Assembly: GCA_001599295.1 (NCBI GenBank)
Contig: BCGN01000002.1
Location: forward strand, 1,922,001-1,986,000
Direction: 5' to 3'
DNA length: 64,000 nt
Origin: Sporopachydermia quercuum
Lineage: Eukaryota
The notes under the pieces are model-generated. The model did no database searches. It was not told the origin of the DNA and saw only the letters and a program-made list of their open reading frames with translations. Shown piece after piece: positions 37,001 to 46,238 of the stretch (position 1 is its first letter; every line of letters begins with the position of its first letter). Position numbers and translations under genes: made by a program.

Positions 37001-38642
37001 AACCAGAGAACTTTTCAACAAATATTCTGACAATAAAAGATACTCTTTGAATAGTTTGATTGATGGTGTCTGTTGTTACTGCTGTTTTTCTTGCTCCCTC
37101 TGAGGCAACAGTTGTGAAAAGAGTAGTATATTGAGAGAATAGCTCCAAGGCAAAATGGATATTGAACAGCAAAGGAATTAGTTGAATGAGTCGATGAATT
37201 AAGTGATTGTCGTCGCAAGGATAAACAATGATAGTGTGGCATACAGCTTCTAGAGACCCATTTTCCACTATGCTTCCATTGTTTGATATGGACAATTCGG
37301 GATGAGGGAATTTGAACTGCGTGAATTGAACTATGGGAGGATCTGATGGAGTAACAATAGCAGAACTCGTTCCCTCTGCTGCTGCTGCTGATGCTGATGC
37401 TGAAGTTGCACTTTCTCTAGATGTAGCTTTAAGTGTGAATTTACTGCCAGTTATAGTTGAACCGGTTCTGCTACTACTGGCAACGTTTCCTAAGCCATAA
37501 TTGCTACTGCGACTATTTTTTCTTTCTCTGTGCTTCTCCTTTTCTCTCTCTGCGCCATTTACCTGATGAATGCTACTGGAAGAATCTTCAATAACAGATC
37601 TATGACGTAGCAAACTAGTGTTGACTGGAGCTCCTATTTCGACAGAATAGGGATCGAAGCATTTGATCCCCAGCTGCGAGTGCTTATAGAAATGAAGATG
37701 TAATCCTTTCAACACAACTCTGTATAAACTCCAAGTACAATTCTCAGCATTTGTAGATTCACCCCAAGTGGAGAAAACAGCTGAGCTTCTATTCATCCAA
37801 TCTGATTTGAATACAGTGGAATCAAAATTGGATATGCTAGAAAAATCAATTGATGGCTTGCGTTCGCCAACAGATAACGAGGAAGAAGAACCAATGATTG
37901 CTTTACTAGAATTGGAACGAAGAACCTTGCNATTATTGGTTGTTGCAGCTGAGGATAATGTGGAATTGCTTTGTTTCCTTGATAGTTCTAAAGAAGGATC
38001 ATACAATNAAGAATCGTTCAATGGTTGATTGGCATGAAATGAGAAGGATGAAGAATGGTTGAGAGAATTAGCTGTAGACACTGTGTTTAAAGAGGATGCT
38101 GTTGTTGGTTTGAATGCATTATTAGATGTGATTGCATGCAAATCGCTATTTTTCTTTCTCGGTGAAATAGAAAGAGATTCCGTATTAGTGTTTACAATCA
38201 CTTCGTCATTTTCTTGAAATGACTCTGTTGATGATGTAAGCCGATCAGAATTGGAAATTTGAGTGAAGAAAGTAGAATACCTGTTTGAGGGGTCTCTACT
38301 GGGCGTTTGATCATTTTTTCTTCCTGTTGGAATGTTGAGCAATCCATCACTAGTCATCTCCTCAATATTAATGGTTGAGTCACTGAAAGATCTATCAGGG
38401 TCATAGGTTGTACCAAAAGACTGATCATTGGCTGTAGAAGTATTTATTGAGACATTTGACGAACTAGCAGGTTTATTTGAATGGATTCCAAGATTTAGAG
38501 GCACTTTTGACGATCTTCTATGAAGCAATGATGTGAAATTGCTAGCAGTACCACCATTTGAATTAGATGATGTTGTTGTTGAATGCTCTTTATCAGCAGG
38601 AGAATCTTTTGGATTCTTCCTACTTTTACTCCATCGTTTCAT
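31005..38642 (-). CDS. BEM2: Bem2: RasGEF-like, PH and RhoGAP domains
   Basis: 2545 aa; C-terminal RhoGAP 'EIELRGLDEVGLYRISGSVGSVNALKRAFD', 'CFKLYLRELPESL', 'NKMDHHNLAVVF'; 'LINFDKNRY'. Follows OXA1 as in S. cerevisiae. Confidence 0.95.
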   Translation of the reverse strand: MKRWSKSRKNPKDSPADKEHSTTTSSNSNGGTASNFTSLLHRRSSKVPLNLGIHSNKPASSSNVSINTSTANDQSFGTTYDPDRSFSDSTINIEEMTSDGLLNIPTGRKNDQTPSRDPSNRYSTFFTQISNSDRLTSSTESFQENDEVIVNTNTESLSISPRKKNSDLHAITSNNAFKPTTASSLNTVSTANSLNHSSSFSFHANQPLNDSXLYDPSLELSRKQSNSTLSSAATTNNXKVLRSNSSKAIIGSSSSLSVGERKPSIDFSSISNFDSTVFKSDWMNRSSAVFSTWGESTNAENCTWSLYRVVLKGLHLHFYKHSQLGIKCFDPYSVEIGAPVNTSLLRHRSVIEDSSSSIHQVNGAEREKEKHRERKNSRSSNYGLGNVASSSRTGSTITGSKFTLKATSRESATSASASAAAAEGTSSAIVTPSDPPIVQFTQFKFPHPELSISNNGSIVENGSLEAVCHTIIVYPCDDNHLIHRLIQLIPLLFNIHFALELFSQYTTLFTTVASEGARKTAVTTDTINQTIQRVSFIVRIFVEKFSGLLLETPVIGGLMKLIECLSPVDDSIANELKILLSKQQKPISNLSGWNLDLLEQCSQYIDMSAETALPSNVLLVINQSSSEKESRRSVGNRNSSSKLTTSPIQTYSSLIPTDEASKQQIPSSDPASTSDPSAIPLANPPSILPANIILDLSARTTAVQIAYFHLAYSLNWSPFTDISLLFDIGLNYRNQNPLPIITPTGHFLTRSVLYHLLQEKRAKQDVVYRGKVLSKWIEIGVELENIGDNVGWLAIATAVCSPMILRLKATWNLVSDELSEVVRKEWAVVAYDLDKXSMMNEMIGSGENENDNDNGHSNSIEFELKESIDNTANAMDSRASSSYHILAQGPSIGKKYPKKLVIPYFGDLTIRKQXSLTIKQYDKKLSRLLLAFSRWKELLGSIKDNPSFESTYRLPKPVDHLQELLYTKFRQSSEKKAPTQAELMEQSLLIEPVFLGDYEKYYTTARTPLVLGNYLPIVFNDTIPSFHIFSKTALISATGIYNSLNGSTSNSSSNSASASTVASNCGSTTTSCERSNTIHESTTHTGRVSFSSITRSDIDTSSSSINSTTSANKSHRNSFAFPTPRFDHSKRNRRTSDSINIIKTERSYSEPASLPIVKPISDKQKLLEFTSDRDLSSSLRFFALKNISRHKFLKSIRDMLDVGVEVFELKNEDLIFKSLQHEEQMISSRPCSVVIENTSIKRLSGQYGIGNTSNNTSNSASHSVSHSVSTIATIGSNGKEVVVKAGSINXLIELLVSGVDEFVDEINESKKVFKSKGNCQEQANDSIIDDLKKGTANHNSNTNASGSVTYTMNMINYMSMFFTTYRSFLTSQDLLQKLIEKFNGVDNKKSINRSNKDVNRAIHDTLDPLYDTHNNANKNANAKHSDKASIKLIDTQLSVLSIIHFWVNNCFFDFANSLSTRKLLLKFLFDVDKEVSQWNARIPNLKTVDNDGSSSKAASTAASTAAIDNELSDMTSIKEYIDGLSISSNHIMEEPFGIVKNEATIASTAGNIRLSNEETSTVGTRISYSSFASATGNLHHEEEAREKQLNQRMEDRRSDNRLGSIYDKNDGNNERSIGIISSSTSIASSINRISTNDIPDVSSATRAKNTNYSTGGTTSIYINSLETKYSELKSSLEALKVKIIKNTYRPIDDYPKLPQLIPFCKSXPWIEIPMSGSIPELSSFIEEMDSIVSHYFSLLNIIECTTVYETLLMQSVVSLKGFFNYSLSNNPNSNESDIIIEDIYQWLETLYTEGYEDKVLQKLPPVFKSLLQLHSLISCYILKEITAEDLTRQERVKKMVSLLKMLGIIRARMSNVDLFNDDGSSSTSDSESTSGSGPGSGSATASSTRTSTASSASIKPCIPSFIESAITSAILRPESRYFAKSWNLACTLLGFNDASRIESVIPLISKTDLDPQLASTPLCPCIGWFSERLLEIICYVPNMSLAQTNLINFDKNRYVYNCIVNILDLKDYKQLESNLFXSTSFTDIGSDNGPKFAFLFDTQRNGFKQEDLRRIKHAAYSEREQYSKITVKEKAFESNVAEQIDKLYRDYKQKEIIVNQMRNGDSTVLGSTGITVGVNSSTGNSSTSLFHTLEPVASNASTLSRSDSRISTYTNNSSSNSTLNSSSEKRSGKLSKFLRPFRPFSLSMTNSWNPIIADKTVQTKELPDVNSFNDIKARPSFTIKVTETQVLPITSNQFQGLWKIIAKDGTDYTLQSTSKRQSIDWIYTIKQVKKYSYLSEISSNGGSIMKSFGVPINVLSQRDGCLIPRVAETLLAEIELRGLDEVGLYRISGSVGSVNALKRAFDSGDIVNMEDDRWFDINTVASCFKLYLRELPESLLTDDLFDEFLDIIERTAGKSKYEVTAIRLGQVPKIRHIVNKLPKENYELLKRLMIHLNLVASHQERNKMDHHNLAVVFSMSFTRETEAVNVSNEFELINNLVLTMIVHCNXIFDNEKKMENEPENEGKEENKSEEMLEGEPEEGKNDVNSSNDEEEESFLLTGNNQ

Positions 38643-39719
38643 ATCTTAAATTTAATATGATAATAGACTGTTTGAATACCTGATAAATAGGTAAAAATTA
38701 AAAACTAAAAGTCTAAAAAAACTGGAAAAAAAAAGGTTTATTTTTTACCCTTGAGTATTTGATTCCTGGTGTATGAATGTATTCACGTCCAGTTGATTTG
38801 TATCGGGAGTACCTTGTTGTATATTTCTTTATTAGAATAGTCCTGATACTAAGATTTTGCCGTGAGAACTCATTTAGTAGATTCCTTTGATTCTTGGTGC
38901 CCACTGAAGAAATTGAAAGCCCTTTTGACTTCAAATCGCAGTTAAAAACTGATGTGACTGATTAAATCTGTTATTGATCTTCTCGTTGTTCTTCAGTTCC
39001 CGATGAAATAGACTTATGATTTCCTCCAAACAGTAAACAAACAGCAAGCGTAGGTAATAAATTATGTAAACTATTAATGGGGCTTGCTGTTCAACAAAAA
39101 AATCGTCTTGTGATTAGATTCGCAAGATTGATAAATGTCTGATACGTCAGTTCTTAGGTGTTGATATTTTTGTCAGTCCAATGAGTACATCCCACTCATA
39201 AATACAGGTTTGCCTGCCAATTGAAAATTTTTAGTAGTTTAAATTGGAAGAGCGAAACAACAATTGGTAACCCCAAAAATACTTACATATGCGATGATGT
39301 GCAATTCCTTGATAATAAAGAATAAAGGGTAAATTTTTTATCAGGTTGTTTGCTTCAAAATACAACAACTTTCATTTTTGTTCGTTCGTTTTTTGCTAGT
39401 ATTATTATTTGCTTTTCATTTCCCGCATCTTTCAATCCAATCGTTCTAACCTGTCTATTCTTAGGGGAGAGGATTTGGAATAAAGTTGGAGCGTTTGAAT
39501 AGAGTTGTTAAGATTGTGACGTTAAAATTTCAACTTTAACTTGAAATACGGAAACTTAGTATTGTGTACTGAATACTAGTGAAGCGAAGGAGAAATGTAC
39601 TTAAGGATGAATATGGAGATGGAAATGATGAGTAGGTAGATAGATGATGGCTTTTAAATAGATAGTGGGAGAGGAATATGAACAATGATTCGAATAGGTT
39701 AATGGAAATGCATTTTAAT

Positions 39720-40690
39720 GAATAGAGAATGTAAATAATTGAGTTTTGGCGGTGACGNAATTGTAGGGAAGTGGAGACGAAGTTGCCCAGTGGTATATTT
39801 GATTTATATGATATGTATATGTTCTTCTTTTTGGCATTTTATGATGAATGGAAATTGGAATAGAATAGTTACTGCAAAGTAAAATTTGCTGATTGAATAG
39901 TCATTTAAGCATAAAAGCTATCAGCTTTAATTATTAGTGGTTTACCCATGGTATTGCAATATATCTTAACCATAACAGATATCAAATCGTCTCAATGTCG
40001 AAATACAGTTTGGTATTCCACTACATCCCCCAATTATCAGTAGGCCTAAAAACTTGGGCTTCTCCTGATACTTGCTAAGATTCGATGTAATTTACAGAGC
40101 AACTCTAACTATGCTAACTGAGGTCTTGGGTATAACTGAAGCTATCAAGTTAAGGAGAAATAACGTTCAGGAACAAAAACCTAAGCCCATATGCAAGAGA
40201 TACTATGTAGATGTATATAGATAGTATTGAGAGTGACATTGATCTTATGTAGTTACTCAACCATATTAGTGTGGTCCGTGTTATTTTGCCTCGTATACTC
40301 ATTTACTATTGATTCCAAAAAGGTATAGCCTCTTCTTACTTTCTATATTCCTGTTGGCTTTACTGTATACGTACGTTTAAAATTGTCTCACTATGGCTGA
40401 ATTATTGAAGGAGGCAGTATGGATTGTGTAAGCAGTTAGTAATTCGACCGTGGCAACTAGTGATAGGGAGATTATAATGGAGCACTGATAGCATCAAAGC
40501 ATTTGAAAGTCAGAAGTCAACAAACTCATGAATTATCTCACATGAACAAAGAATAAGGAGAATAAAAGTAATTGAATTGGAAATCATTCTTGCTTCAACA
40601 ATAGGCATACAATGAGGTTGATCAGGTATGCAGTGTTGATGCATCTTTCATGCAAGAGATTTTTGGGTTAAGAAAGTTAATTGAATGTGT
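39720..40690 (+). mobile_element. Decayed Ty1/copia pol fragment (RT YVDD region to RNase H end)
   Basis: In order: NVNN*VLA (39728; cf. YVDD), FDLYDM...FL (39798), PM, CRNTV/GIPLHPPIISRP (39996-40047; cf. YRSIVGSLLYL...TRP), YLLRF, KEAVW (40408), GDYNGAL (40467), RSQQTHELSHMNKE (cf. RSKHIDxxYHxIRE), IELE (40571), LRKLI (40668). Confidence 0.65.
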
Positions 40691-40745
40691 CAGTTTGCTT
40701 GAAACGGTTACTTTAAACCCATTCAGCGAACAAATTTAGTAGGAA

Positions 40746-40764
40746 ATCTGATCTGATCTGATCT
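40746..40764. repeat. (ATCTG)n short tandem repeat
   Basis: ATCTGATCTGATCTGATCT. Confidence 0.8.
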
Positions 40765-40881
40765 ATCGTAATTTTGAGTTTACCTACTCTGACGCTAAGA
40801 ATATGAGTATAACGTTTGAGAATATCAGCTGAAGTTAGCGCTAAAATGTATAATTTCAAGTTTAAACAAATCAGGGTTATT

Positions 40882-40919
40882 TGCGTTCAATGAAGGTTTN
40901 NAAACCTTCATTGAACGCA
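40882..40919. repeat. Perfect 18-bp inverted repeat with an NN centre
   Basis: TGCGTTCAATGAAGGTTT-NN-AAACCTTCATTGAACGCA. Confidence 0.95.
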
Positions 40920-41260
40920 GTTTTAAAGATTGTTTCAGAGTGAGCGTAGATTTGTGTACAGTCTGGAAGCACTTGTTCTTAAAAGTTAATTTCCCAAGGA
41001 GTAAACTTTATGATATTACTGTTTAAACATAAAAACACCTTAACTATATTTCTACATAAAATACTCTAATGATCTTCAAATCGACAGTTTAAGTTTTCAA
41101 CTTAAAATTTAAAACCCAGTTGTTACAATTTGTTAGCTAGAAATTAATCTATAAAACGATATATGTTACAGGCTTTCTTATGATATGTATCAAATATATG
41201 TAATTAGTCAAACCAAGATTTGATGAGGAGAATGTGTAACAGACAATTGCAGGGTTTTAT

Positions 41261-41780
41261 GTACTCGGTTCCTTCCCTGATGTCAGCTTCAGGGATCATA
41301 CTAATATGCTTTTGACAGAATCCTGGTCTGCAGTTATCGCTCTATTTCCGCTCTCCATGGAATTAGACCCGCTAAAACAATACACTAAACATCCTTCTTA
41401 TGTAGGCCAGTAGCAAACTGAAATAGATATCAGATATGTTCTGTTTTATTTGTTTCATCTTATGGTGTATCAAAAAACTTGAATCTAATCAATTTAATGC
41501 AATTCATGACTTGAAACATGGTTGTTTATTTAACTCATTTCAAGAGATCGATACCCTTAATTAAAGTTTCAGTATGGTCGGTAAGTGTCCATATAGAACC
41601 GTTCAAGTGAAAAAAGGTACCAATTATTACTTGCGGAGTACAGATATATTCATTGTAGTAAATTTGAAATCAATTACAATCTGTTTATTCAAATTACAGT
41701 ATTGCACAATAATTGAACTTGGCAGTTCGTAGTTCTCTGAAAAAGTTGATTTCGAAGTCCCAAAGGTTATTTTTAAACTG
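41261..41780 (+). mobile_element. Possible further copia RNase H fossil
   Basis: Weak in-order motifs: SFPDVSFRDHTN (cf. FSDASFxD), PLS/W, HCSKFEINY, IIEL. Confidence 0.3.
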
Positions 41781-42479
41781 TATTAGTATCCAAACAGGAG
41801 ACGATCGATTTTCATCGATGATCGATACCCATTCCATTAATTTGATATTTCAAGATGAACCACGTACTCTGTTTCTTAAGTAAGTAAGCAATATCTAATT
41901 AAGAACTTATTTTTAAATATTTACAGAATGATTTCGAACTTATTACTATAAAGAAGATATAGAAATATATATGTATACGATTATTATGCATTGCTCGAAG
42001 AGCTCAACTGTTTCAAGATGAAGAGACGGAGCCTCGTATATTCAAAATCTTGTGAATTACCCCTCAGGTCTTCTTCCACATGTAAATATATGATTATGTA
42101 ATCATTTAGGTTGATGTGTATATGTAGGACTAACATTACCATCGAGATTACATGTGTGTGGTTAGAATGACAAGAAAACTGAAGTCAATCAATCAATTGT
42201 GGGGGAAAATCTCTATTTCAAGAATGCTGAACTGTGATACCTTATGGAATTGAAGTTGAAACATTTTGACGGGGCAAAGAATAAGTATATTCGGCAGCGA
42301 GAGGAAGCTAGGAGATAGGAAGACTGTTCAGACCCAGAAGAGAGTAAATCAAGAATCGTAACTACTCACTTGATTGCATAAACTCACAAGCAAATTTAAT
42401 TAAAAAGAAATCAGAAATCTTCAGTTGATTAATTCTGAAATTTTGTAGCTTAGAAATAGCTTGGAAAATTGTGGTAACA

Positions 42480-43479
42480 ATGGAAGTTGAAACTCAATGG
42501 CAAACAGTTACAGCTCTTCTAAAAGATTACTATCACCTTTATTCAGAATCAAGTTTAACATCTAGGAAGATTTCAGGCTTGACCAAAGAGAAGCTGGATT
42601 CTATCATTGAAGACAATGCTGATACGTTAAAAGCACAAATCAAACTGATAGAGTTCCATATTGGGTCAGTCAGAGAGGGTAGAGGGTATGTTCTTGAACA
42701 AAATGTTGGAAAAGTTTAAGTGCTTTTGGATTAGCAACATTAATACTAACGTATGGGCGTCTTTATATAGGCTTGTGAACAACCTACTGGAAAACATTTC
42801 TACACTAATTCCAATTGTGAAAGCTATCAATAAAGAAGAAGCAAGGGAAAGAGGAAGGAAAAGAAGGTTGGATGTTCCTGAAACGAGAAGTAAAAGAGGT
42901 AGAAGGTATGAACTTATCATTATAACACTAATGTTCATTATTAGTAGTGAGGATTACTAACAGTGAAAATAGTTTCCATACAAGTCAGTTTAATCCATCT
43001 GAACCTATAGTGACAGGTTCTGAGGTTGCATATAGGCTGAAGAAAGGTAAAGGAGGATCAGATGACGAATGGATTCAGTGCGTTATTACCCGTGTGATTG
43101 GCGATGGTACTAAGTATGTTTTCTTTTTTCTTTTTTTATAATTCAATTGAGGGGACAGGGACAGTATGAAAATACTAACAGAAATAGGTTTGAGGTACAA
43201 GATCCAGAACCTGATGAGAATAGCCAACCAGGGCAGTTATTCAGAACTACCTATAGAGATGTTCTTCTGATTCCGCCTCTGGAAATGTCGCCTTCACTGG
43301 TTAATTATCCTTATGGAACAGAAGTATTAGCAAGATATCCTGAGACCACCACATTTTATAAAGCAGAGGTTATAGGAATGAGAAGGGATTACTGTAGGCT
43401 TAAATTTGAAGGTGAAGAAGAAGTTGGGAAGGAGACTGAAGTTGAGAGAAGACTTGTTTTACCTTTACCATCCAAATGA
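42480..43479 (+). CDS. SGF29: SAGA subunit Sgf29 (tandem Tudor); exons 42480-42685, 42771-42905, 42973-43113, 43188-43479
   Basis: Three GT-AG introns with TACTAAC branch points restore 'KRGRSFHTSQFNPSEPI', 'EWIQC', 'FEVQDPEPDE' and 'VLARYPETTTFY'. Confidence 0.92.
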
Positions 43480-44175
43480 TTACACAATTCGAATTAAATT
43501 ATTGGTGAATTTGGATATATATTATTGGTGGATTAATGAGAAGAGTTATGTTTGTTTGTAGAATATCAACTAATCAAGTGATGATCTAAGGATTTAATAT
43601 GTGTACTATACTGTAGTTTCAGCTTATCATGCTCAACTATCGCAGCATCAGTTGAAGTCCCTTTAAGCGTAGTCTCAAAGAAAGTACCACAGGACCTAGT
43701 ATCAAGCCAATAGCTATTACTCAGTATCTGTAACAGTATTTACGTCAACATTACTCTCATAGTATTAATCATTTTACCTATTGAAAGTATCTACAAAAGT
43801 CACGTGAATGATTCCTTTTAGTTTAATGGTAAAATGAAGTACCTCTAATACTGAGTTTACACATGTCAAAATTTCAGTACAGAAGAGGGTATCTCTCGAG
43901 ACATAACTTCCATCTCCAGTAAATCACTAAACGCTAAGAGGAAAGGAAATGATTTCTTGGATTTCTCGGAAATTATTATTGGAAAAAGATACAACAATAC
44001 TACGCAATGCTCAATTCAACTGAAGGCTTTATACTGTAAGTTAGTTGGATCATTATATGGATGATTTCAGCGGTTGATGTTAGTAAGTGAAGTCTTGGTT
44101 TACTGCTAACATAATAGCATAGTCGNTAGTAGGAACTGTGAATGAGCTGTAGTTGAGTTGGTTGATTGTAACGTA

Positions 44176-45717
44176 ATGATGAGCCTAACAACAGTCAGTG
44201 GAATTACAGCTAGGTATTTCTCGATATCTACGATCACAAGACAAATGCCCGGATCGGATATTTCAAGCTTATCGAGTGATGGGCAGTTTCATCCTCGAAT
44301 CAAAACTCTTATCTCGCAGTTAGACAGAATTGCACCTAGGTTCACTCTTCAGAAAGATGAGGTAGATATAATATACGATCCAAAGGAATTCTATGAATAT
44401 TTGAAACTTCGAATAGGCCAAGCGGAAGACAGAATATTTTTGGCATCACTATACATTGGAAAGTCGCAGGATGAACTCGTACAACATTTAATTGCTGCTT
44501 TGAAGACGAAACCAAATTTAAAGCTTCATATCTTAACAGATGCTCTAAGGGGCACAAGAGAGGCGCCAAGAAAATGTTCAGCATCTTTACTCTCAACACT
44601 AACGAAAGAATTTGGGAACAGAGTTGATATTAGAATGTACCATACTCCTCATTTGTCAGGAGTGCAGAAATTTTTAGTACCCAAACGATTCAATGAGGTA
44701 TTTGGTTTACAACATATGAAGCTTTACGGGTTTGATGATGAAATAGTACTTTCTGGTGCCAATCTTTCAAGTGATTACTTTTCCAATAGACAAGACAGAT
44801 ATTATTCATTCAAATCAAAAGCCATTACTGATTATTATTTCAAAATCCACGAGGCCATAAGTTCCATTAGTTATAAGTTAGTGTCATCTACTAAGCCAAG
44901 GTTTAAGCTATACTGGCCTGGATCAAATGCTATATCAGAGCCAAAACTTAACCTTGAAAGATTCTTCGCTGAATCAACAGCACTATTGGAACCAATTTTG
45001 AAGCCTCAGCAAGGAACAATGGACCGTCTAGATTTAGATGAATCAGAAGTCTCCACAATTGTTTATCCCGTTTCCCAATTCACACCTATTACAGTGCCAG
45101 ATAAATCTACCGAGAAGCCAGCTATTTTGAGAATACTTTCATTACTAGATTCTAAAGACACAAATTGGGTTTTCACCGCTGGGTATTTTAATATTTATCC
45201 AGAATTTAAGGATAGGTTATTAATTTCCAGAGGTGAAGGAAAAGTTATAACGGCAGCTCCAGAAGCCAATGGATTTTATNAATCAAAAGGTGTATCTAAA
45301 TATCTGCCTGATGCCTATTTGTATCTTGCTCAAAGGTTTTTACAGAATGTGAAAGACCGACCATCAAATTGTGAAAATAAAATCGGTGTTTATGAGTGGA
45401 AAAANGGTGTTGTGAATCGTCCTAATGGCTGGTCGTATCATGCTAAAGGCATTTGGCTTTATAACCCACAAGAATCGAAGCCTAGTCTGACTGTTATTGG
45501 ATCGTCCAATTATACTAAAAGGGCATATCGACATGATCTAGAGTCCAATGCAATTTTAATCACAAAGGATGAGCAATTGAAGTCTAAAATGAATTTAGAA
45601 GTGAATCTCTTGTTGAAGCATGCCAACGAATTGAAGCTGAACGACTTTGAGAAAGAGAATAAGAAGATAGCGCCTTTAGTGAAACTTGCTACAAAAATTG
45701 TTGGAAATCTTCTTTGA
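44176..45717 (+). CDS. PGS1: Phosphatidylglycerophosphate synthase Pgs1 (PLD superfamily)
   Basis: 'IFLASLYIG', 'GLQHMKLYGFDD', 'SGANLSSDYFSNRQDRY', 'WSYHAKG'. First ATG at 44176. Confidence 0.96.
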   Translation: MMSLTTVSGITARYFSISTITRQMPGSDISSLSSDGQFHPRIKTLISQLDRIAPRFTLQKDEVDIIYDPKEFYEYLKLRIGQAEDRIFLASLYIGKSQDELVQHLIAALKTKPNLKLHILTDALRGTREAPRKCSASLLSTLTKEFGNRVDIRMYHTPHLSGVQKFLVPKRFNEVFGLQHMKLYGFDDEIVLSGANLSSDYFSNRQDRYYSFKSKAITDYYFKIHEAISSISYKLVSSTKPRFKLYWPGSNAISEPKLNLERFFAESTALLEPILKPQQGTMDRLDLDESEVSTIVYPVSQFTPITVPDKSTEKPAILRILSLLDSKDTNWVFTAGYFNIYPEFKDRLLISRGEGKVITAAPEANGFYXSKGVSKYLPDAYLYLAQRFLQNVKDRPSNCENKIGVYEWKXGVVNRPNGWSYHAKGIWLYNPQESKPSLTVIGSSNYTKRAYRHDLESNAILITKDEQLKSKMNLEVNLLLKHANELKLNDFEKENKKIAPLVKLATKIVGNLL

Positions 45718-46142
45718 TACTATTATATGAAGAACTCGTCTTATACCAATGATGACGAGTCTGAATGAGGGTAACAATTGATTGCCAAATCTGAAAGATA
45801 AATGAATGAGGATGAAGTGGAAGCTAGCTATCGGACTAATCCCTCTATTAATATCAAAGGTTAAGGATGTAGATACATATGTATATAAAAATTATAGAGT
45901 AAACTCTTAACTGAATAAGAAAGAACCTTTGAACGGACGAATATTCAAGGAAGGACGAAGCGGTAACATGCTTCACCATTAGAGATTTTGTCCCTCTTGT
46001 AGGAGATCCACTCTTGAATGTTCAACAGAACTACGGCTTTATCTACCTGGTTAGTTCTACTTGTTAGGTATTATAATTCTTAGTAGCATTTGGTATTTGA
46101 AATATAACAGCAAGCAAAAATAAAATAAATGATAAAAAATGG

Positions 46143-46238
46143 CGTCACGGACAGGATTCGAACCTGCGCAGGTAAAACCCAACGCCTAAACCACACACTA
46201 ATAGCAGGGCGTCGCCTTAACCACTCGGCCACCGGGAC
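46143..46238 (-). tRNA. tRNA-Ser(GCT) with 14-nt intron (46201-46188)
   Basis: Reverse complement GTCCCGGTGGCCGAGTGGTTAAGGCGACGCCCTGCTA[TTAGTGTGTGGTTT]AGGCGTTGGGTTTTACCTGCGCAGGTTCGAATCCTGTCCGTGACG; long variable arm. Confidence 0.96.

Noticed and set aside
43799..43990. CDEI-like GTCACGTG followed by TTTCTCGGAAA, resembling a point centromere
   Set aside because: The spacer is not extremely AT-rich and the CDEIII CCGAA core is not matched. More likely a bHLH promoter site. The same applies to TCACGTGA at 24736 and 61836.
45749..45795. ATGATGA...CTGA as a box C/D snoRNA
   Set aside because: Too short, no terminal stem and no recognisable rRNA guide.
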